Source of the DNA: an uncultured Methanosarcinales archaeon
GTDB lineage: Archaea > Nanobdellota > Nanobdellia > Woesearchaeales > GW2011-AR4
DNA: 64,000 nt
NCBI GenBank assembly: GCA_964469645.1
Contig: CAYXZV010000003.1
Span: 8,538 to 72,537, forward strand
Reading direction: 5' to 3'
Below the pieces are notes generated by a model that saw only the letters and a list, made by a program, of their open reading frames with translations, was not told the DNA's origin and did not search any database. This document shows, piece after piece, positions 18,906 to 27,923 of this stretch. Both the position numbers and the translations under genes were made by a program. Every line of letters begins with the position of its first letter. The stretch's first letter is position 1.

Positions 18906-20146
18906 TTTAGTAAATTCTTATATATTTTCATGAAATCTTTTGATATTTTTCCCCATGAATAATTTTTCTTCGCAAATTCAGCAGCATTCTTTCCAAGCTT
19001 TGCTGATATTTTTTTGTTCTTTAATATTTCAGCAACTGCATTGGATAATTCCAGACTATTTTTTTGTTTGATTAAAATTCCATTGTAATTGTTTTTTATC
19101 ACAAAAGGTATTCCTCCAACATTAGTCCCGATAACTGCACATCCGGATGCCATTGCCTCCAATAATGTCAAACCAAGGGCTTCTGTACCAGTCTTAGTGG
19201 AAAGTGAGGGCATAATAAAGATATCTGCAAAGTTGTAGTACTTTACAACAGCTGACACAGGCAAAGAGCCGAGAAATTCTACATATTCTTCTATTTTATT
19301 TTCTCGTAATCTTTCCCGCAAAACTTTTTCATAAGGGCCTTCTCCTATTATCAATAATTTTATCTTGGAATCGTATTTTATTATATCTGGCATTGCATCA
19401 ATAATGTATTGCAATCCTTTTTGATCGCTCAACCTTCCGACAAAAAGCAATATTTTATTTTTTACATATTTTTTGGGCTTTGGTGTTTTTTTATTCTTAA
19501 ATATATTAACATCCACCCCCATAGGGATCACTTCAATCTTTTTTGAAAATTCTGGGAATCTTTTTACCAGCTCATTTTTTGTTGCTTTGCTGTTTGTTGT
19601 TATAATATCTGAATCTTTGATTACAGAGTATTGTAATTTTTTGAAGAATATATTTTTCAATGGAAATAAATCACTGCCGTGTACACTAACCAATAATTTT
19701 ACCTTAAGAAATCTCTTAAGAAAAACTCCTACAAATCCCTGAGGTAAAATCCAATGCGCATGTACCATATTAATATGTTTATCTTTTATTATTTTATAGG
19801 ATGCTAGAAATTCGGATATTATAAGCAAAGGCATCTGCATCTTGGCCAAAAGGCTTTTCTGCATATTTGGTATTATTCCGCCACCATAACATAATTTCTG
19901 TAAGCTTTCTGGTTTAAAGTAAGCAAATCGTACAACCTCTAGCTTACCAATATTTTCTTTCTTTGCAGCTCCTTTATGATGCGGAGCAAGGACAATAAGG
20001 TTATATTTAGAAGCCAGCCTTTCTGATAGCTCATATACAAACCTTGGGCTAGAATCATTCTTCCATCTAGGAAATGTAGTTGCAGTAACAAGAACCTTAT
20101 TTTTCATATGGTCAGATATTGGACTTCTATATAAATATGTTTTCAA
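18902..20146 (-). CDS. GT4 family glycosyltransferase
   Basis: FVGRLSDQKGLQYIIDAM...EALGLTLLEAMASGCAVIGTNVGGIP is the GT4 EX7E region. Confidence 0.8.
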   Translation of the reverse strand: MKTYLYRSPISDHMKNKVLVTATTFPRWKNDSSPRFVYELSERLASKYNLIVLAPHHKGAAKKENIGKLEVVRFAYFKPESLQKLCYGGGIIPNMQKSLLAKMQMPLLIISEFLASYKIIKDKHINMVHAHWILPQGFVGVFLKRFLKVKLLVSVHGSDLFPLKNIFFKKLQYSVIKDSDIITTNSKATKNELVKRFPEFSKKIEVIPMGVDVNIFKNKKTPKPKKYVKNKILLFVGRLSDQKGLQYIIDAMPDIIKYDSKIKLLIIGEGPYEKVLRERLRENKIEEYVEFLGSLPVSAVVKYYNFADIFIMPSLSTKTGTEALGLTLLEAMASGCAVIGTNVGGIPFVIKNNYNGILIKQKNSLELSNAVAEILKNKKISAKLGKNAAEFAKKNYSWGKISKDFMKIYKNLLK

Positions 20147-20250
20147 AAAGCTTTTTAAATGCAGTTAAGTAACCCCAGAGGGTGGAAGGGGTAATATTAT
20201 GTGTGGGCAAGGAACACAAGATTTTACTTACAAAAGTAAAAATTTCAACC
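20123..20250 (+). repeat. Degenerate duplicate of the rfbF-like promoter plus 5' coding end (pseudogene remnant)
   Basis: 20123-20158 (ACTTCTATATAAATATGTTTTCAAAAAGCTTTTTAAA) is near-identical to 24019-24057. The following ~60 nt (GGTGGAAGGGGTAATATTATGTGTGGGCAAGG) parallels ATGGAAGTTGTGATATTATGTGGGGGCAAAGG at 24079 and translates to VEGVILCVGK versus MEVVILCGGK. Confidence 0.6.
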
Positions 20251-20400
20251 GCAGCAAGCTGAGAGGCATTTGGAATTTTTACTCTAGAAATTGGACATAG
20301 ATAACCATAGCGAAGCTGTGGGGTATAAACCCCAATTTCCGCTGAATCAAAAATATACAAAAAAAACATTTATATAATACTTATTTTATTGGGTTTCAAC

Positions 20401-20601
20401 ATGCAATTCGAAGGGCACAAATCAATTGAAAAATTTGGGGAGAAAATTGGATTCATTTTTTCATACTTCTTATTCACCACAATATTATTTGGAATCATTA
20501 TGTTCCTAAATAAATTACATGGAATGACATATTTACATATTATGGGGATTTCTTTATTGATTATATTTACAGGAATTTTGATTAAGAGGTTTCTACAATG
20601 A
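20401..20601 (+). CDS. Small 2-TM membrane protein (hypothetical)
   Basis: The track start 20389 is TTG. ATG 20401 (MQFEGHKS...) lies about 29 nt after a TATA-like ACATTTATATAATAC. There is an ATGA overlap with the next gene. Confidence 0.35.
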   Translation: MQFEGHKSIEKFGEKIGFIFSYFLFTTILFGIIMFLNKLHGMTYLHIMGISLLIIFTGILIKRFLQ

Positions 20602-20849
20602 ATTCATCAAAACAGTTTTTCAGGGGTTTTAGAAAAGGTATGAATAATTTTGGACAAAATATTGCAATAATAATTAATTCAGCTTTACTGTTTATTGTAT
20701 ATTTAATTGGTATTGGTTTCACATCAATTATTGCAAAGATTTTTAGAAAACATTTTCTTGAAACAAAAATATCAAAAACAAAAACTACATACTGGTCTGA
20801 TTTAAATCTAAAGAATAAACCCATTAAGGAATACTATAGGCAATTTTGA
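20598..20849 (+). CDS. Small membrane protein, possibly SxtJ-like partner of carbamoyltransferases
   Basis: 83 aa, basic N-terminus, one or two TM segments, C-terminal ...YWSDLNLKNKPIKEYYRQF. Its position immediately upstream of a NodU/SxtI-type carbamoyltransferase mirrors bacterial SxtJ/SxtK-carbamoyltransferase modules (recollection, not a verified match). Confidence 0.3.
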   Translation: MNSSKQFFRGFRKGMNNFGQNIAIIINSALLFIVYLIGIGFTSIIAKIFRKHFLETKISKTKTTYWSDLNLKNKPIKEYYRQF

Positions 20850-20860
20850 GAGGATAAAAA

Positions 20861-22621
20861 ATGTACATATTGGGGGTTAGCTGCTATTATCACGATTCGT
20901 CAGCCGCATTATTAAAAGATGGCATTATTGTAGCTGCTGCTCAAGAGGAGAGATTTACAAGAAAAAAGCATGACACTTCTTTTCCAATTAATTCCATAAA
21001 GTACTGTCTTAAAAGCCAGAATATAAAAATCGAGGATATAGGACACATAGGATTCTACGAAAAACCTTTTCTTAAGTTTGAAAGGGTCTTGCACCAGCAT
21101 TTAGAGATGTTTCCGAAAAGTTTCAAGACTTTCTTAAGTTCCATACCTTCTTGGATTAATGAAAAATTAAGGGTAATGAGGGCCATCAGAAAGAAACTTG
21201 GGTACAAGGGAGATGTGATGTTTATAGAGCACCATCTTGCTCATGCTGCAAGCTCATTCTTAATAAGTCCTTTTAAAGAAGCTGCAATATTGACCGTAGA
21301 TGGAGTTGGGGAATGGACAACAACTGCATATGGTTATGGAAAAGGAAATGATATTGATCTCATGAAAGAAATTAGGTTTCCTAGTTCTATTGGATTGCTT
21401 TATTCCACTATAACAGCATATCTGGGTTTTAGCGTAAATAATTCAGAATACAAGGTTATGGGATTAAGTCCTTATGGTAACATGGACAAGAACAAAAATG
21501 AATATTACAAGAGATTAAAGGAAGTCATAGATGTTAAAGAAGACGGGAGCTTTATGTTTGACATGAGCTATTTTGTTTATCATTACGCGGATAGGATGCC
21601 TTCAAGTAAGCTTTGTAGACTTTTAGGCGGACCAGTAAGAAATCCAGAATCAGAAGTAACACAAAGACACAAAGATATTGCAGCAGCATTGCAGATGATA
21701 ACTGAAGAAATTCTGACTAAAATACTTAACCATATACATAGAATAACAAAATGCGAAAATATCGTTCTTGCCGGTGGAGTTGCATTAAATAGTGTGTACA
21801 ATGGAAAGATTTTAAGAAATACACCATTTAGAAAAATATGGATACAACCTGATGCAGGAGACGGAGGTACTAGCATAGGAGTTGTCTCTTATATTTACAA
21901 TACAATATTAGGAAACAAAAGGAATTACATTTTTGATGATGCGTACCTAGGACCAAAATATTCAGGACAAGAAATAAGATCATTTTTGGAAAAAAGTAAC
22001 ATAAAATATTCTGAATTTAAGGATGATAAAGAACTGATTGAGAAAACTGCAAAGCTCATTTATGACAATAATGTTATTGGATGGTTCCACATGGGAATGG
22101 AATGGGGACCTAGAGCTTTAGGAGCAAGAAGCATATTATCCAATCCCTGTAACCCAAAAATGCAGGACATACTAAATCAAAAAGTTAAGCACCGGGAAAA
22201 ATTCAGGCCTTTTGCTCCTGTTGTTTGTGAGGATGACGCTCTAAAATATTTTGATTGTGATATACCAATTCCAGAACCGACAGATTTCATGCTTATGGTC
22301 TATCCTATTAAAAAAGAATGGCATGAAAAAATTCCTGCCGTAACTCATGTTGACGGCTCTGGAAGGTTACAGACAATAAGAAGACATCAAAATCTCTTAT
22401 ATTATGATCTTGTTAAGGAATTCGGAAAATTATCAGGGATTCCAATCTTAATAAATACTTCATTTAATATAAGAGGAGAACCTATTGTCTGTACACCTTA
22501 TGATGCATATAAATGTATGATGGGAACCGGTATTGATTATTTAGTAATTGGCAAGTTTTTAATAAAAAGAGGCGACAACTTAGAAGATATGTGGGATAGT
22601 GAGAGAAATGCAAAAGATTAA
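20861..22621 (+). CDS. Carbamoyltransferase, NodU/CmcH/SxtI family
   Basis: MYILGVSCYYHDSSAALLKDGIIVAAAQEERFTRKKHD is the hallmark N-terminus of NodU-family O-carbamoyltransferases. 586 aa. Confidence 0.85.
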   Translation: MYILGVSCYYHDSSAALLKDGIIVAAAQEERFTRKKHDTSFPINSIKYCLKSQNIKIEDIGHIGFYEKPFLKFERVLHQHLEMFPKSFKTFLSSIPSWINEKLRVMRAIRKKLGYKGDVMFIEHHLAHAASSFLISPFKEAAILTVDGVGEWTTTAYGYGKGNDIDLMKEIRFPSSIGLLYSTITAYLGFSVNNSEYKVMGLSPYGNMDKNKNEYYKRLKEVIDVKEDGSFMFDMSYFVYHYADRMPSSKLCRLLGGPVRNPESEVTQRHKDIAAALQMITEEILTKILNHIHRITKCENIVLAGGVALNSVYNGKILRNTPFRKIWIQPDAGDGGTSIGVVSYIYNTILGNKRNYIFDDAYLGPKYSGQEIRSFLEKSNIKYSEFKDDKELIEKTAKLIYDNNVIGWFHMGMEWGPRALGARSILSNPCNPKMQDILNQKVKHREKFRPFAPVVCEDDALKYFDCDIPIPEPTDFMLMVYPIKKEWHEKIPAVTHVDGSGRLQTIRRHQNLLYYDLVKEFGKLSGIPILINTSFNIRGEPIVCTPYDAYKCMMGTGIDYLVIGKFLIKRGDNLEDMWDSERNAKD

Positions 22622-23810
22622 ACCTTTACTAATAAATATTTTAGTCTTAATAATTATATTATTTTTAATTTTTTTTATATTGGAAGTATCATTAAGAATT
22701 TTTTATCCTCAGCTTACTGTGTCTAGAGCAGAAAAAATATCTCCTAAAATTTTTGAAGAAAGTGATTATACTGGTTGGAAACTTAAACCAAATACAAATG
22801 ATAGGCTTATCTCAACTATTGGGAATGAATTTAATGTCCCAGTTAGCATTAATTCTAATGGGCTAAGGGATGATGAAATTAATCCCAAAGAGATTAGCAT
22901 GAAAACCATAATCGGTGCTATTGGTGACTCCTTTACATTTGGCTCTGGAATAAGATTAGAAGATACATACCATCAAAAGCTGGAGAAAATGCTAAATAAA
23001 TACTCAGACGATGTTAGAGTAATCAGTATGGGACGTGCTGATGGTGCTTTAACTACAGATGTACAATATTTATACCTCAAAAAGAAAGGGTTGAAATTCA
23101 ATCCAAAAATGATAATTGTGGGTTATTTTGTTGGAAATGATATTACAGATATTGGTAAGAAAACTACTTGGATATCTACCGATGATAATGACAACCCAAC
23201 AAATATTACTACCACTTATACTTATATTGATGAAGAGGGAAGATATAGAAGAAATTATGACATAAGCACAGAGGGTAGAAGTTTATTTTACAAACTTAAC
23301 AGATTTATGTCTGATTGGTCTCATCTCCATATGTTCTTAAAAAGGTTTTATATCGGAGCTACTATAAGTAAACCAGAGTCAGATCATGTTTATGTGCATC
23401 CTGAAGACTACCTAAAAAAATTCAACATCTCAAAAAAAATGCTAGTTGAGATAAATAAGATACTGCAAGCCAATAACGTAACGTTAGTTGTCATGCTAAT
23501 ACCTGCAAAAGTACAAGTTGACGATAAAGCTTGGAAAGCTTATGAAGAGTATCATGATAAAAATTCTTATAGATTCAATCCTCAAAATGAGATAATGAGA
23601 TTCTGTAATGAAGAAAATATAAAATGTTTAGACTTATTGCCAGATTTTATAGGAAAACAGGGGTTATACTTCAAAATAGATAACCATTGGAATGAAAAAG
23701 GCCATGAATTGGCTGCTGGAAAACTATATGAGTATCTTATAAATGAGTATCCATATGCGAAAGGAATATATAATATGCCAATTCGACAGGGTTTAGTAGA
23801 GAATGGCTAA
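22608..23810 (+). CDS. Membrane-anchored SGNH/GDSL-like hydrolase (paralog 1)
   Basis: N-terminal TM, then IGAIGDSFTFGSGI (GDSxxxG block I). The track start 22599 is GTG, so ATG 22608 is used. It overlaps the carbamoyltransferase stop. Confidence 0.55.
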   Translation: MQKIKPLLINILVLIIILFLIFFILEVSLRIFYPQLTVSRAEKISPKIFEESDYTGWKLKPNTNDRLISTIGNEFNVPVSINSNGLRDDEINPKEISMKTIIGAIGDSFTFGSGIRLEDTYHQKLEKMLNKYSDDVRVISMGRADGALTTDVQYLYLKKKGLKFNPKMIIVGYFVGNDITDIGKKTTWISTDDNDNPTNITTTYTYIDEEGRYRRNYDISTEGRSLFYKLNRFMSDWSHLHMFLKRFYIGATISKPESDHVYVHPEDYLKKFNISKKMLVEINKILQANNVTLVVMLIPAKVQVDDKAWKAYEEYHDKNSYRFNPQNEIMRFCNEENIKCLDLLPDFIGKQGLYFKIDNHWNEKGHELAAGKLYEYLINEYPYAKGIYNMPIRQGLVENG

Positions 23811-23964
23811 TAACAAATCTTTATTAGGAGAGGTCTGGGACTTTTTAAGAGTCAGGAAAGCGTGGTGGCTTGCACCAATAATTATTATGCTAATTTTAGC
23901 AGGGGTATTGATCATAGCGGGTCAAAGTAGTGCTTTGTCGCCATTTATTTATGCACTATTTTAA
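23803..23964 (+). CDS. Small membrane protein, DUF5989/SxtK-like (53 aa)
   Basis: Not in the ORF track (<60 aa). Manual translation gives MANNKSLLGEVWDFLRVRKAWWLAPIIIMLILAGVLIIAGQSSALSPFIYALF. The pattern W-x-FL-x-RKxWWL-PII....APFIY-LF is what I recall for the DUF5989 small proteins found next to bacterial carbamoyltransferases. It overlaps the SGNH stop by 8 nt. Confidence 0.5.
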   Translation: MANNKSLLGEVWDFLRVRKAWWLAPIIIMLILAGVLIIAGQSSALSPFIYALF

Positions 23965-24018
23965 AGCTGATAAATATATCTTTTTTTATTAAGTTATTTT
24001 CCACACAGTCAAATATTC

Positions 24019-24057
24019 TACTTCTATATGAATATGTTTTCAAAAAGCTTTTTAAAC
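24019..24057 (+). promoter_or_regulatory. Promoter of the rfbF-like gene (TATA-like AAAAAGCTTTTTAAA, about 27 nt upstream of ATG 24079)
   Basis: The sequence is duplicated at 20123-20158. Confidence 0.45.
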
Positions 24058-24078
24058 ACTATGAGGTAACCATAGAGC

Positions 24079-24771
24079 ATGGAAGTTGTGATATTATGTG
24101 GGGGCAAAGGGACCAGATTAAGTGAATATACCGTGTCGATACCAAAGCCTATGATAGAAGTAGGCAAAAAGCCGATATTGATGCATCTCATGGAATTTTA
24201 TGCCAGTTATGGACATAAAGACTTTATTTTATGCCTAGGGTATAAAGGGGAAAAAATAAAGGAGTTTTTTAAAGACAAGAAGGATTGGAATATTGAATTT
24301 GTTGATACAGGTGAAGATTCAAACAAGGCAGAGAGATTGATGAAAGTAAAGGACAAAATAAAGGATGATACTTTCCTAGTCTCTTATGGTGATGATCTCA
24401 GTGATGTAAATGTTAATAAAGTAATAGAATTTCACAAAGAAAAAAATAAGATCGTGACACTAACAGCAGTTCCATTAATCTCTCCATTCGGAATATTAGA
24501 ATTAAATAAAAATCTTGAAGTTACTGAGTTTAAGGAGAAACCGACACTGAAGGAGCTTATGAATGGTGGCTTTTACGTAATGAAAAAAGAGATTTTTGAC
24601 CACATTAAACCTGGACTTGATTTAGAAAAAGAGATTTTTGAAGAACTTGCAAAACAAAATCAAATTGCAGCATTTAAGCACGAAGGCTTCTGGAAATCGA
24701 TGAATACATTAAAGGATGCTATAGAATTAAATGAATTGCATGATAAAGGTGACACACCGTGGATAAGATAA
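24079..24771 (+). CDS. rfbF: Glucose-1-phosphate cytidylyltransferase-like sugar nucleotidyltransferase
   Basis: MEVVILCGGKGTRLSEYTVSIPKPMIEVGKKPILMHLMEFYASYGHKDFILCLGYKG is a close match to RfbF/DdhA N-termini. Confidence 0.75.
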   Translation: MEVVILCGGKGTRLSEYTVSIPKPMIEVGKKPILMHLMEFYASYGHKDFILCLGYKGEKIKEFFKDKKDWNIEFVDTGEDSNKAERLMKVKDKIKDDTFLVSYGDDLSDVNVNKVIEFHKEKNKIVTLTAVPLISPFGILELNKNLEVTEFKEKPTLKELMNGGFYVMKKEIFDHIKPGLDLEKEIFEELAKQNQIAAFKHEGFWKSMNTLKDAIELNELHDKGDTPWIR

Positions 24772-25733
24772 GCTGGAAAAATACAAATGTTTTGGTAACA
24801 GGAGCTGATGGCTTTATTGGAAGCCATATAGCCAAAGCGTTGGTTGAGAAAGGAGCGCGGGTAGTAACTATTGCAAGAGACATAAAAAAAACCAATAATA
24901 TGGACATTCTGGATTTGAAAGATAAAATTGACATAGTTCGTGGCGATATTATAAATTTAGAAGATTGTGAAAGGGCAATTAATGAGTATGACATTGAATT
25001 CTGCTTCCACATTGCTGCCCAAGCAATTGTTGGTCCTGCAAATAGAAGTCCATTATCTACGTTCGGCTCAAACATCAAAGGAACATGGAATATATTAGAA
25101 ACATGCAGGACTTCAAAAACAATTAAAGGAATTATTATTGCTTCATCAGATAAAGCATATGGGCAGCAAAAAAAGCTTCCATACACAGAAGATTCTCCAT
25201 TAAATGGTTATTTCCCTTATGACGCGTCAAAAGCTTGTGCCGAAATAATAGCAAGATCGTATTTCATGACTTACAATCTGCCATTGGCTATAACAAGAAA
25301 TGCTAATACTTACGGTCCTGCAGACATGAACATGAGCAGGATTATCCCTGATGTCATTACCAGATTAGTCAAAGATGAACAGCCGATTATCAGGAGTGAT
25401 GGTAACCCTGAAAGGGACTACTTATACATAAAAGATTCTGTAAACGCTTATTTAATTCTCGCAGAAAACTTACATAGGAAAGAAGTAGTTGGACAAGCCT
25501 TTAATTTTGGCACTGGAAAGCCAATTAGTGTGCTTGACCTTTACAAAAAGATGATAAAAATAGTAGGAAAGGATGTAAAGCCTAAAATACTTGGACAAGC
25601 AAAGAACGAGATTGACAGGCAATATCTTGATTCAAGTAAAGCCAAAAAGGTTCTTGGTTGGGAACCAGAATACGACATTGACTCTGGATTAAAAGAAACG
25701 ATTGAATGGTATAAAAAATATTTTTCAAAATGA
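24759..25733 (+). CDS. rfbG: CDP-glucose 4,6-dehydratase-like SDR
   Basis: WKNTNVLVTGADGFIGSHIAKALVEKGARV, with a GTG start overlapping the rfbF stop. 324 aa. Confidence 0.7.
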   Translation: MDKISWKNTNVLVTGADGFIGSHIAKALVEKGARVVTIARDIKKTNNMDILDLKDKIDIVRGDIINLEDCERAINEYDIEFCFHIAAQAIVGPANRSPLSTFGSNIKGTWNILETCRTSKTIKGIIIASSDKAYGQQKKLPYTEDSPLNGYFPYDASKACAEIIARSYFMTYNLPLAITRNANTYGPADMNMSRIIPDVITRLVKDEQPIIRSDGNPERDYLYIKDSVNAYLILAENLHRKEVVGQAFNFGTGKPISVLDLYKKMIKIVGKDVKPKILGQAKNEIDRQYLDSSKAKKVLGWEPEYDIDSGLKETIEWYKKYFSK

Positions 25734-26818
25734 GAGTTCTAGTTATCATGAAGAGATTTGGAGCAAATAAAGACATGGTTATGCAGAACTTTGGAAGGCA
25801 GGTAAGGCTTTTTGAATCACTTTCAAAATTAGGCCGCAAAATAGATTTTCTTTGTCCAGATTATAAAAAATTTGAAAACAAAGACATAAAAAGAAACAAA
25901 ATAAATTTCTACATAAGACCCTATTCACCATTAAATCATTTTCAATTCATAAAAATATTAAAAAACTTGATTAAAAAAAATAAATATGATTTTATTGTTA
26001 GTACAACTGATCCATTGATTGGAATTCTTGGCTATAGATACTCAAAAAAGTTTGATGTTAAGCATATCTATGATATGCAGGATGAGTATAGCTCCTATGA
26101 TGCCTATAAAATACCTTTCATAAAAAATCTTGACAAAAAAGCAGTCAAAAATTCTGATATTGTCATTACTGTGAGTGATTCGTTAAATAAATACGTTAAA
26201 AAAAATAGGAAAAAACCTACGTACACCATACAAAACGGCATTGATTTAGGATTATTCAAAAAAATAGATAAAAGTAGTGCGAGAAAAATATTAAAGCTTC
26301 CAAAAGGGAGGATCATAGTTTATACGGGTGAAATAAGCAGGTTCAAAGGAGTTGATATTCTGATTCATGCATTCAATAAGATAAGACAAAAATATCCTAA
26401 TACCTACCTATTGCTCAGCGGGAAAATTAATAAAAATATTAACATAAAACAGAAGAACATAATATTCAGAGAATTTCCAAAAAGGGAAGAACTTGCTTTA
26501 GGGATTAATGCTGCTGATGTTGCAGTTGTGCCTAACCCAAAGAATAAATTCACAGAATATTGCTTTCCTTACAAACTCTGTGAATATATGGCTTGCAACG
26601 TACCAATTGTAGCGACAAACGTTGGTGATGTGTCAGTTTTGTTGAAAAAAAATCATGGAAGCTTATGTAAACCAAATGACGTCGAAGATTTAAGTGAAAA
26701 AATAATTGCAGCGCTTAAGAGAAAAAGAAAAGTTAATTATAGAAATGACTTAAGGCAGTTTACTTGGAAAAAACTTTCAAAAAAACTTGATAAGATTATT
26801 AGAGAGATACAAAAATAA
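25730..26818 (+). CDS. GT4 (GT-B) glycosyltransferase
   Basis: 362 aa. C-terminal nucleotide-sugar-binding region VYTGEISRFKGVDILIHAF...CEYMACNVPIVATNVGD. ATGA overlap with rfbG. Confidence 0.65.
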   Translation: MRVLVIMKRFGANKDMVMQNFGRQVRLFESLSKLGRKIDFLCPDYKKFENKDIKRNKINFYIRPYSPLNHFQFIKILKNLIKKNKYDFIVSTTDPLIGILGYRYSKKFDVKHIYDMQDEYSSYDAYKIPFIKNLDKKAVKNSDIVITVSDSLNKYVKKNRKKPTYTIQNGIDLGLFKKIDKSSARKILKLPKGRIIVYTGEISRFKGVDILIHAFNKIRQKYPNTYLLLSGKINKNINIKQKNIIFREFPKREELALGINAADVAVVPNPKNKFTEYCFPYKLCEYMACNVPIVATNVGDVSVLLKKNHGSLCKPNDVEDLSEKIIAALKRKRKVNYRNDLRQFTWKKLSKKLDKIIREIQK

Positions 26819-26854
26819 AGAGGATAAAATAAGCTGACGAAATTCTAAGTTATT

Positions 26855-27910
26855 TTAATCATCCACATACTTAGTAAGTTCATTACCAACCAAAGTTGCA
26901 AATAATTTGTTCCCTCTTTCATTAAAATGTGAGTCATATTTAAAATATAAATCACTCATACTTAAATCTCTCATTTCTTTTGTTACATCTATGTAAGTGA
27001 TATTAAGAGATGTAGCTATGTCTTTTAATATTTTATTTGGCTTATCGATATCTGCATCTATATCAAAACTCCTATAGAATTCCTCTTGATGGATCTGTCT
27101 TTTATCTGGGACATAAACAATTAATAATTTGGAATTATCAACTACTTTCTTAAATTCTTTAAATAAAGCTGCCGTCTTTACCCATTCACTACTTTCTTTA
27201 GTTTGATCTTTTAAAAAAATCCTGTATTCTGTAGATTCTCTATTTTCACTTTCATCAAAATATGCTTTAAGATTAGAAAAAGATTCTCTCATTAACCTTG
27301 CTGTTTTAGTACTGTATAATTTAGCATATACATATAATTCTCTGTTTGTGAGAGAATCGTAACGGTACTTTTGTATTAGATTTCCATAAGCAACTTTTCT
27401 GTCGGTAACACCATTATTGTCGTCATTATCATTTAAATAATAGAAAATAATTACAATTTCAGGATTATAATTCCAGCCTTTTGTTATAAAATAATGCAGT
27501 TGATTATCTTGACCGTAAGCTGGAACTCCAGCTTTGATAACATCTACTCCTAATTGCCGTTCTATAATACTCAGAAAAGTATCGTTTATTTCAACGCCAT
27601 GCCCAAATGCAAGAGAATCTCCTAATGCTAGAATCCTAAAATCGTCACTGGTTACGCTATGTTCGTAATCCCTCAGACCCTCAGAATTGATTCTAATGTT
27701 TACATCATAATCTCCAACCATCCTGCCCTCAAAATTTGGAGTCAATTTGATATCCAATGGAGTTTCAGCATTCTCAAATAATCCTTCAGGATAGGTATAA
27801 TAAAATGTAAATTTTGGAAATAGATTTAGAAATAATTCTAGAAGTATAAACATAAAAATTACTACAAAAATGCTCAACATTATGTTGGTAATTAGCTTAT
27901 TGCGTACCAT
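26855..27910 (-). CDS. Membrane-anchored SGNH/GDSL-like hydrolase (paralog 2)
   Basis: Same architecture as 22608-23810: N-terminal TM, LEL(F/S)LxxFP, NSEGLRD, then ILALGDSLAFGHGV. Confidence 0.5.
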   Translation of the reverse strand: MVRNKLITNIMLSIFVVIFMFILLELFLNLFPKFTFYYTYPEGLFENAETPLDIKLTPNFEGRMVGDYDVNIRINSEGLRDYEHSVTSDDFRILALGDSLAFGHGVEINDTFLSIIERQLGVDVIKAGVPAYGQDNQLHYFITKGWNYNPEIVIIFYYLNDNDDNNGVTDRKVAYGNLIQKYRYDSLTNRELYVYAKLYSTKTARLMRESFSNLKAYFDESENRESTEYRIFLKDQTKESSEWVKTAALFKEFKKVVDNSKLLIVYVPDKRQIHQEEFYRSFDIDADIDKPNKILKDIATSLNITYIDVTKEMRDLSMSDLYFKYDSHFNERGNKLFATLVGNELTKYVDD

Positions 27911-27923
27911 AATAACCTCTAAT

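Noticed and set aside
20127-20369. 80-aa minus-strand ORF
   Set aside because: It overlaps the duplicated promoter and pseudo-5'-end remnant and has no coding signal, so it is treated as non-coding.
4963-22607. Non-ATG (TTG/GTG) starts in the ORF track at 4963, 20389, 22599 and 58631
   Set aside because: The track appears to translate TTG and GTG as Met. A nearby downstream ATG with better promoter spacing or a homolog-consistent N-terminus was preferred (4975, 20401, 22608, 58640). GTG starts were kept at 24759, 36816 and 52096, where no alternative exists.
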